From the NCBI GenBank assembly GCA_963739455.1, contig CAVUAK010000001.1:1824001-1888000 (forward strand): 64,000 nucleotides of DNA, read 5' to 3'. Each line of letters begins with the position of its first letter. Within the stretch, counting starts at the first letter, position 1. Positions 56,721-64,000 of the stretch are shown one piece after another. The position numbers and the translations under genes are program-made. The stretch is from an uncultured Gemmatimonadales bacterium (GTDB lineage: Bacteria; Gemmatimonadota; Gemmatimonadetes; Gemmatimonadales; GWC2-71-9). The notes below the pieces were generated by a model. That model searched no databases. It saw nothing but the letters and a program-made list of their open reading frames with translations, and was not told where the DNA came from.

Positions 56721-58775
56721 ATGACACTGCTGGGCAACTTCGCGCTTTGGGCGGCGCTCCTCTTCGGCATCTGGGGCGCCGTTCTCGCCTTCTCGAACCG
56801 CTGGCAGGGCCGCCCCGAGATCGCGCTCTCGGTGACGCGCTCGGTCTACGCCGTGTTCGCCTCGTGCGTCGTGGCGTCGGTCGCGCTGTGGAAGGGCATC
56901 ATCGCCCACGACTTCAACATCGAGTACGTCTGGGCCTATACATCGCGGAACCTCCCGTCCGGATACCTCTTCTCCGCGTTCTGGGCCGGACAGAAGGGTT
57001 CGCTGCTGTTCTGGGCAGTCGTGCTCTCACTGTTCGCGACGCTGGCCCAGGCGATGACACCCCGACGCTACGCCCCGCTCATGCCGTACGTGGCGGGAGT
57101 CACTTCGTCTGTCACCGTCTTCTTCATTGCCGTCATGCTCTTCTCCGGGGCCAATCCGTTCGAGCGGCTTCCGTTCACGCCGGCAGATGGCCGAGGGCTG
57201 AATCCGCAGCTGCAGAACCCCGGCATGATGATTCACCCTCCCATGCTGTACCTCGGCTACATCAGCATCACCATTCCCTTCGCGTTCGCCATCGCCGCAT
57301 TGCTGTCCCGGAAGCTCGATACCGGATGGATCCACGCGATGCGGCGCTGGATGCTGGTGTCGTGGCTCTTCCTGGGTGTGGGGATCACCCTCGGCATGTG
57401 GTGGGCGTACGTGGAGCTGGGCTGGGGCGGCTACTGGGCATGGGACCCGGTGGAGAACGCCAGCCTGCTCCCCTGGCTTACCATGACTGCGTTCCTGCAC
57501 TCGGTCATGATCCAGGAAAAGCGCGGCATGCTGAAGCGGTGGAACCTGTCGCTGGTGGTGGGCACGTTCCTGCTGAGCATCTTCGGGACCTTCATTACGC
57601 GCTCCGGCGTCATTGCCAGCGTGCACAGCTTCACGCAGTCGAACGTCGGCTACTACTTCCTGGCGTTCCTCTTCATCATCGCGGTGGTTTCCTACACCCT
57701 GCTCTACACCCGGTGGCCGCTTCTCGAGGCCGACGTGGAGCTGGAGTCGATGGTCAGCCGCGAGGCGGCATTCCTCTTCAACAACCTGCTGTTCGTCGGC
57801 ATCGCATTTTCGGTCCTGTGGGGTACCCTCTTTCCGATCCTTTCTGAGGCAGTGCGGGGCACCAAGATCACGGTGGGGCCGCCCTTCTTCAACAAGGTGA
57901 ATATTCCGCTTGGGCTCCTGCTGCTCGCGCTCACCGGCATCGGCCCCCTCATCGCGTGGCGGAAGGCCTCGATCCAGAATCTCCAGCGACAGTTCGCCTT
58001 CCCGGTCGGCGCCGGCGTGGTTGTGACCGCGGTGCTCATGTCCCTTGGGGTGCGCGAACTTGCCCCACTCATGACCTGGGGCCTTGCCGGGTTCGTAGCG
58101 GGGACAATTGCGCAGGAGTTCTGGCGCGGCACCCGTGCCCGCATCCGCATGCACGGTGAGACGGTGCCGGTCGCGCTGGGCCGGCTGGTGGCCCGGAACC
58201 GCCGCCGCTACGGTGGTTACATCGTGCACCTCGCCATGCTCGTGTACTTCGTGGCGTTTGCCGGCATGGCGTTCAAGGTGCAGCGCGAAGCGACGCTCAA
58301 GCCGGGTGAGTCGGTGGAACTGCGAAGCCCGTTCGGCCATACCTACACCTTTACGCACGTGGGCATCTCGCAGTTCAAGCAGCTCAATCGCTATGTGTCC
58401 GCGGCCACCGTGGAGGTGGAGCGTGATGGAAAGCCCGACGGGCGGATTGTGTCGGAGAAGCGCCAGCACTTCACCGTCAATGAGCTGGGCACCGAGGAAG
58501 CGTCGTTCGAGCCGTCCACCGAAGTCGGTATCCGGAGTGGCCTGCAGGAGGACATCTACATCGTCTTTGCCGGGGCGGTGAACGGGACCGAGGAGGCGGT
58601 GTACCGCTTCAACATCAATCCCCTGGTCTGGTGGGTGTGGGCAGGCGGGTTCATCCTGGCGTTCGGTGGGCTCATTACGATGTGGCCGGGCGGCGGAACG
58701 CCGGTGGCGTCACGTCGCAATGCGCAGCCGGGCTATGGCGTCGAGCTCGCGACAGCGCCCGTGGGCGTGGAGTAG
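56721..58775 (+). CDS. ccmF: Cytochrome c-type heme lyase CcmF
   Basis: WAGQKGSLLFW, GLNPQLQ, HPPMLYLGY, WAYVELGWGGYWAWDPVENAS, RSG..ASVHSF. Confidence 0.97.
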   Translation: MTLLGNFALWAALLFGIWGAVLAFSNRWQGRPEIALSVTRSVYAVFASCVVASVALWKGIIAHDFNIEYVWAYTSRNLPSGYLFSAFWAGQKGSLLFWAVVLSLFATLAQAMTPRRYAPLMPYVAGVTSSVTVFFIAVMLFSGANPFERLPFTPADGRGLNPQLQNPGMMIHPPMLYLGYISITIPFAFAIAALLSRKLDTGWIHAMRRWMLVSWLFLGVGITLGMWWAYVELGWGGYWAWDPVENASLLPWLTMTAFLHSVMIQEKRGMLKRWNLSLVVGTFLLSIFGTFITRSGVIASVHSFTQSNVGYYFLAFLFIIAVVSYTLLYTRWPLLEADVELESMVSREAAFLFNNLLFVGIAFSVLWGTLFPILSEAVRGTKITVGPPFFNKVNIPLGLLLLALTGIGPLIAWRKASIQNLQRQFAFPVGAGVVVTAVLMSLGVRELAPLMTWGLAGFVAGTIAQEFWRGTRARIRMHGETVPVALGRLVARNRRRYGGYIVHLAMLVYFVAFAGMAFKVQREATLKPGESVELRSPFGHTYTFTHVGISQFKQLNRYVSAATVEVERDGKPDGRIVSEKRQHFTVNELGTEEASFEPSTEVGIRSGLQEDIYIVFAGAVNGTEEAVYRFNINPLVWWVWAGGFILAFGGLITMWPGGGTPVASRRNAQPGYGVELATAPVGVE

Positions 58776-58778
58776 CTG

Positions 58779-59348
58779 ATGCGTCGTCGCGCGTTCCTGT
58801 CGTTCGAGCAGGATACCACCCGCGCTCCAGTTGCCCCCAGCCCGCGCGCCGGCCAGGGCGATGTGGGTGAGCTGTTCAATCCCGACGTCGCGGGCCGTCC
58901 CCGCGCGCCCACCCTGGAAAGCGACAACGACGTCGTTGTCCGCAATACCGAGCTCAAGCTGCGCTGCAACTGCGGATGCACGCTCGACATCTTTACCTGC
59001 CGTACCACCGACTTCACCTGCACCTATTCGCCCGCGCTGCATCGCGAAGTCGTGGCCCTGTTCGCCGGGGGCAAGACTTCCGAGGGCGTGATCGCCGCCT
59101 TCGTTGACAAGTATGGCGAGAAGATCCTCATGGCCCCGAAGCCGGAGGGGTTCAACCTCGCGGGGTATGTGGTGCCCGGCGCCGCCATCCTGACGGTGGG
59201 TGGCATCGTGGCCTGGATCATCCGGCGGCGCATGCAGCGATCGGCGGATCAGGCGCTCGACCAGGCGCTGGCGCCGGTGCCGGTCACGGCAGTGACGGAT
59301 GCCGAGATGGAGCGCCTGAAGCGTGAATTGGCGGAGATGGAAAAATGA
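58779..59348 (+). CDS. ccmH: CcmH-like protein
   Basis: LRCNCGC variant of LRCxxC, FVDKYGEKILMAP, C-terminal TM. Confidence 0.8.
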   Translation: MRRRAFLSFEQDTTRAPVAPSPRAGQGDVGELFNPDVAGRPRAPTLESDNDVVVRNTELKLRCNCGCTLDIFTCRTTDFTCTYSPALHREVVALFAGGKTSEGVIAAFVDKYGEKILMAPKPEGFNLAGYVVPGAAILTVGGIVAWIIRRRMQRSADQALDQALAPVPVTAVTDAEMERLKRELAEMEK

Positions 59349-59857
59349 TCTGGCTCGAGGCGGTGGCGGCGGCACTCGTTGGGCTTGCATTGCTCCTGGT
59401 CGTGCTTGGGCCGCTCATCTCCCGCGAGCCTGTGCCGGCGATCGTCGACGACGAGCCGACGGACCTCGAGGAAACGCCCAAGGGCATCGCGCTGTCGGCA
59501 CTCAAGGAGATCGAGTTCGACCAGGCGACCGGAAAGCTGTCGGACGAGGACTACGCAATGCTCAAGGGGAAGTACACGGCGCAGGCACTGCAGGCGCTAC
59601 GGGCCGAGGAAGGGATGCCGGTTGCGGCCAGCGCCACGGGCATCGAGGCCGTCATTGCGGCCCGGGCCGTGGCGATCCGGGCAGAGGGACTTTCCGGGCC
59701 GGCCTGTCCACACTGTGGACCGCGACCGGAGCAGGATGCCGTGTTCTGTTCGACCTGCGGCGCAGGGATGGGCATGCGAACCTGCAACGATTGCAGTGCG
59801 ACCCTGCCACCAGGCAGCCGGTTCTGTGACCAATGCGGAAAGCGCGTGGCCGCCTGA
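59345..59857 (+). CDS. CcmI N-terminal-like membrane protein with double zinc ribbon
   Basis: TM, LKEIEFDQATGKLSDEDY, then CPHC, CSTC, CNDC, CDQC. Confidence 0.72.
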   Translation: MIWLEAVAAALVGLALLLVVLGPLISREPVPAIVDDEPTDLEETPKGIALSALKEIEFDQATGKLSDEDYAMLKGKYTAQALQALRAEEGMPVAASATGIEAVIAARAVAIRAEGLSGPACPHCGPRPEQDAVFCSTCGAGMGMRTCNDCSATLPPGSRFCDQCGKRVAA

Positions 59858-59864
59858 AGCTGCG

Positions 59865-62800
59865 TCAGGCCCGAGCTGCCCGCTTTCGCGGGACCGTGGT
59901 CATGCCTGTTGCGCGCTCACCAAGCACAACCTCGACTCGGTGCACTTCTCCGTCATCCACGAGCGGAATGGCGGCAGGAGGACAGGCCACGCCGTTGTGC
60001 AGGGCCGCGGCAACACCGCGGCAACGATGCTGTGGGTTGACGACGCTGATCTCATAGCGTGTACGTCCGAAGGTCCAGGTAATTGCATAGGCTGGCCACG
60101 TCGCGGGAATGCAGGGATCCAGTTCGAACGTTGCGCCGTGGCGCTTTAGGCCGAGTATGCTCTCCAGTCCGGCGCGATACATCCATCCGGCAGACCCTGT
60201 GTACCAGGTCCAGCCACCGCGCCCGATGTGGGCCGGGTGGGCGTAGACGTCACCGGCGGTGACATAGGGCTCCACCTTGTAGCGCTCCACGTCCGCGGCC
60301 GTGCGGGTGTGGTTGACGGGGTTGAGCATGTGAAAGAGCTCCATCGCCTCGTCACCGTTTCCCAGCCGCGCCACAGCCATGATCGTCCAGATCGCCGCAT
60401 GGGTGTACTGCCCACCATTCTCCCGCATGCCCGGCGGGTATCCCTTGATGTAGCCCGGGTCCTGCGCTGACTGGTCGAAGGGTGGCGTCAGCAGCAGGAC
60501 CGCGCGCGCGGCGCGACGGACGAGGTGTGTCCTGACGGCATCCATTGCTCGCTCCGCTCGCGCTGGCGCCGCGGCACCGGACAACACCGCCCACGTCTGC
60601 GCGATCGAGTCGATCTTGCATTCCTCGTTCTGCGCCGAACCAAGGGGCGATCCGTCGTCGTAGTACGCGCGCCGGTACCAGTCACCATCCCAGGCAAGTT
60701 CCAGCATGGTGGCGAGGCGAGACGCCTCGCCCTGGTATCGTGCGGCACGTGCCTGGTCGCCTGCCCGATCACAGAGCGGCGCCATCTGCTTGAGCACCGC
60801 ATACAGGAACCAGCCCAGCCAGACGCTCTCGCCCCGGCCCAGGTGGCCGACGCGGTTCATGCCGTCATTCCAGTCGCCGCTGCCGATCAGCGGAAGGCCA
60901 TGCGAACCCGACGTGAGGCTTCGCTCCACGGCCCGCACGCAGTGATCGAGCAGCGAGGCGGATTCCGCCGACGCGCCCGGCTGCATGTACGTCTCCGTCT
61001 CTCCCGGGGCGAGCGGCGCGCCCTCCAGGAACGGGACGACTTCCTCGAGGATTCCGGTGTCGCCCGTCGCGTCCACGTAGTGCGCCACGGCGTACGGCAA
61101 CCAGAGCAGGTCGTCCGAGCAACGCGTGCGGGTGCCGCGACCTGACGGTTCGTGCCACCAGTGCTGCACATCGCCCTCAACAAACTGGCGACCCGCCGCG
61201 CGGACGATATGCTCGCGAAGCAAGCCCGGCTGCGCGAAGCTCAGGGCCATCGCGTCCTGCAGCTGGTCACGGAAGCCGAACGCTCCACCCGGCTGGTAGA
61301 GGGCGGATCGTGCCCACACGCGGCAGCTCAGCACCTGGTACAGCAACCACCGGTTCATGAGCAGGTCGAATGAATCGTCGGGCGTACGCACCTGAATGGT
61401 GCCCAGCGCCCGGTCCCACGACGAGGTCACACGCGTGAGCGCCGCGTCGGCCGCGTCGACACTGCGATGACGGGCGAGCAACTCGCGCACATGGTTGTGA
61501 TCGCGGCCCTGCCCGAGGGTGAAGGCCACGCGTCGCGTCTCGCCCGGCGCGAGGTCGATGCGGACATGCAGTGCCGCACACGGATCGAGGCCGGGACCGA
61601 CGGCGCCGGACAGTGCGTGCCGCGTCATGGCAGCAGGCATGGCGAGCGACCCGTTGCGCCCGAGGAACGAGAACCGGTCGGCCGAGACCGAGTGCGGCGC
61701 CTCGCTCACGCTGGCGAATGCCACGCGGGTGGCGAACTCCTGGTTGTACGGGTTGGTGGCGAGGATGGCGGCCGACTCCCGGTCATACTCCGTCACCACG
61801 TGCAGGTGCTCGCCTGATCGTGGCGGGCCCAGCCGCCATTCGGCGTAGCCGAAGGCGCTGAGCCGCCGACGGCGGTCGGTGCGGTTTGTGACCGTCAGGA
61901 GCGAGAACTTTACCGGATCCTCAGCGTCCACGAACACGGCCAGTTCCTGCTCGATACCGTGTGACGCATGCGTGAAGCGGGATACGCCGGCCGTGTGCTG
62001 CACCACATAGCGACCGCTCTCGAGGGTCCGCGTCACAGGACCGGGCGTCGGAGCCCAGGCGTCGCCGGTGTCCTCATCGCGGAGATAGACGGCCTCGCCG
62101 GTTGGATCGCTCACGGGATCGTTCGCAAACGGGGTGAGCCGGTTCTCCCGGCTGTTGACCGCCCAGGTGTACGCCGAGCCGGAAGCTGAGACGACGGTGC
62201 CGAAATCCGGGTTGGCAATGACGTTCACCCAGGGGAGCGGCGTTTCCTGTTCACCGTCGAGGACGATGGCATAGGCCCGCCCATTGTCCGTGAAGCCTCC
62301 GGATCCATTGCCGAACGTCAGTGCCGGTGACGCGATCGCCACGCCGTCGCGTTCCGGCACTGGTACGGGTGGCGGCGCTGGCAGTTCCCGCTGCCACTGC
62401 GGCTCCGCATACGGCCGGTCCAGCTGGTTGGCGAGTTCGCCTCGCTCGCCACTGAGGATCGCGCGCGACGCCGCCGCGAGGAGGACGCGCTCGGCGTCGC
62501 TCATCCGGTCGCCACGCAGCAGGAACACCCCGCCCGGACGATGCTTCCACGCGCCCCACGGACCGGTGTCGAGCAGCGCCGCGAGTTGCACGTGCATCTC
62601 ATCCAGGTAGCTCACCGGATGCTCATTCAGGATGACGACGTCCGCGCTCAACCCCTTGAGGCGCCAGTACTCCTGTGCCTGCAGTACCTGCCGCACCAGC
62701 GGGATGTCATTCTCTTCGACGACGCGCACGAGCAGGATGGGGAGGTCGCCCGAGATGCCATGGGCCCACAGGCCCGGCTGGCCGAGCACATTGCGCGCGA

Positions 62801-64000
62801 GGACCTCCGGCGCCGCGCGAAGCGAGGCGTCGATATGCAGCACCCGCGATGCAAGCCGCTCGTAGAGCATGGCCTCGTCACTGGAGATGCCCATGTGTCG
62901 CAGCGCGCTCTGCGCCTGGGTAAAGGCCAGCGCGAACGTGCGGGCCGAGGCGCTTGGGTCATGGTACTTGTGCGCCATCGCGAGTGCCGCGTCGCGACTC
63001 GAAGCCACACCGGTGGCGAATGACATGCGCACAAAGCCGCCCGGGAGCAGGCGGATGCGCTGCCGCAGGCTGACGATCGGGTCCAGGACGGCCCCGGTGG
63101 TGCCTGACAATGCGCGCCCATCCAGCGCCGTCGGGTTCTCGGGGCCGTGTCCGCGGCCGAGGAACCGGAGGCGATCGGTTTCCCACTCGACGGGCCCCTG
63201 CATCCGCCCCTCGACGCTCAGCACATGCACCGCCCACATGCCCGCCTCGTCCGGCGCGCGCGGACGCCGGGTGCACACCAGTGCCGCGCTTTCCGGCAGG
63301 TACTCTGTCTCGATGAACAGCTTCCCGAAAGCCGGATGGGCCAGGTCGTCGGCCAGCGACGCGAGCGCCATCTCGCCATAGCTCGTGATCTCGAGCTCGC
63401 GCGGACGGTCACTCAGGTTCGTGATGGCGAGGCGCCGAACCTCGACGTCGTCTTCCGTCGAGACCGCGATGTCGAGCTGCGTCGCGATACCGTCGTCACG
63501 CCGCCGGAATACGGCACGCTCCGCCTGGAACGTGACCACATACTCCTCCGGCTCCCGGGCCGTGGGATGGTACGTCGCCGACCACACCGAGCCGCTTCGC
63601 ACATCGCGGAGATACAGGAACTGGCTGCCGAGGTCGCGCGTGGCGTCCTCGCGATGGCGGGTCACGGCGCGCCCACGACAGAGGCTGGCGCCGCCACCGG
63701 CGTTCGTGACCACGGTGACGTAGGAACCGTTCGACAGGAATTGCGCATGCGGATAGCGGGTGTGTGGCGAGCGGAAGCGCCGCACCGCCACGGCGGGCAC
63801 CGCGGCTGCCACCCGGGTCGCTTCGGCAGGGCGTGGCTGGGTGATCGGGGCGTGGCGGGGGACGCGCTCCTGCAGGAGAAGTGCGGTCGCCTGAACCCGG
63901 GCGTCGGCGTGGAAGCGATGCACCATCACGTCATCGAGGAGGGCATTCGCCAGTGCCACCAGGGTCATGCCCTGATGATGCGCAAGGAACGACCGCACCA
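59865..64000 (-). CDS. ndvB: Cyclic beta-1,2-glucan synthase (NdvB/Cgs), C-terminal GH94 phosphorylase part; 5' end outside window
   Basis: [75 protein letters not shown]. Confidence 0.92.
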   Translation of the reverse strand, partial: VRSFLAHHQGMTLVALANALLDDVMVHRFHADARVQATALLLQERVPRHAPITQPRPAEATRVAAAVPAVAVRRFRSPHTRYPHAQFLSNGSYVTVVTNAGGGASLCRGRAVTRHREDATRDLGSQFLYLRDVRSGSVWSATYHPTAREPEEYVVTFQAERAVFRRRDDGIATQLDIAVSTEDDVEVRRLAITNLSDRPRELEITSYGEMALASLADDLAHPAFGKLFIETEYLPESAALVCTRRPRAPDEAGMWAVHVLSVEGRMQGPVEWETDRLRFLGRGHGPENPTALDGRALSGTTGAVLDPIVSLRQRIRLLPGGFVRMSFATGVASSRDAALAMAHKYHDPSASARTFALAFTQAQSALRHMGISSDEAMLYERLASRVLHIDASLRAAPEVLARNVLGQPGLWAHGISGDLPILLVRVVEENDIPLVRQVLQAQEYWRLKGLSADVVILNEHPVSYLDEMHVQLAALLDTGPWGAWKHRPGGVFLLRGDRMSDAERVLLAAASRAILSGERGELANQLDRPYAEPQWQRELPAPPPVPVPERDGVAIASPALTFGNGSGGFTDNGRAYAIVLDGEQETPLPWVNVIANPDFGTVVSASGSAYTWAVNSRENRLTPFANDPVSDPTGEAVYLRDEDTGDAWAPTPGPVTRTLESGRYVVQHTAGVSRFTHASHGIEQELAVFVDAEDPVKFSLLTVTNRTDRRRRLSAFGYAEWRLGPPRSGEHLHVVTEYDRESAAILATNPYNQEFATRVAFASVSEAPHSVSADRFSFLGRNGSLAMPAAMTRHALSGAVGPGLDPCAALHVRIDLAPGETRRVAFTLGQGRDHNHVRELLARHRSVDAADAALTRVTSSWDRALGTIQVRTPDDSFDLLMNRWLLYQVLSCRVWARSALYQPGGAFGFRDQLQDAMALSFAQPGLLREHIVRAAGRQFVEGDVQHWWHEPSGRGTRTRCSDDLLWLPYAVAHYVDATGDTGILEEVVPFLEGAPLAPGETETYMQPGASAESASLLDHCVRAVERSLTSGSHGLPLIGSGDWNDGMNRVGHLGRGESVWLGWFLYAVLKQMAPLCDRAGDQARAARYQGEASRLATMLELAWDGDWYRRAYYDDGSPLGSAQNEECKIDSIAQTWAVLSGAAAPARAERAMDAVRTHLVRRAARAVLLLTPPFDQSAQDPGYIKGYPPGMRENGGQYTHAAIWTIMAVARLGNGDEAMELFHMLNPVNHTRTAADVERYKVEPYVTAGDVYAHPAHIGRGGWTWYTGSAGWMYRAGLESILGLKRHGATFELDPCIPATWPAYAITWTFGRTRYEISVVNPQHRCRGVAAALHNGVACPPAAIPLVDDGEVHRVEVVLGERATGMTTVPRKRAARA

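Overview
GC-rich bacterial chromosomal window made mostly of housekeeping genes. Gene content and style suggest Gemmatimonadota; this is inference, as there is no rRNA here. In order: a peptide ABC transporter; lipoate ligase-gcvP-gcvH; coaE; a four-helix-bundle gene flanked by inverted octamer tandem repeats; tdk; HU; a degenerate DEAD-box/DbpA protein; an aminotransferase followed by an archaeal-style nurA-herA-mre11(sbcD)-rad50(sbcC) cluster and a GNAT; a promoter- and terminator-bounded rod-shaped ncRNA candidate ahead of a PTPS-II/folE/SDR pterin operon; M23 peptidase; acyl-CoA ligase; tldD/pmbA; amidohydrolases; GAF-ligA-V4R; thymidine phosphorylase; recF-dciA-gyrB; mtnA-glpK. Next is a four-gene porin-multiheme cytochrome cluster with about 45 heme-binding motifs, divergent from ccmE(CxxxY)-ccmF-ccmH and zinc-ribbon partner genes. 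The window ends in the 3' part of a cyclic beta-1,2-glucan synthase. Many genes, including essential gyrB, carry single-base frameshifts that look like long-read assembly errors. The strongest novelty candidates are the porin-cytochrome conduit with a 20-heme membrane-anchored NapC/NrfH-like protein, the bacterial NurA-HerA-Mre11-Rad50 operon, the repeat-flanked four-helix-bundle cassette, the ncRNA and the putative BH4 operon.
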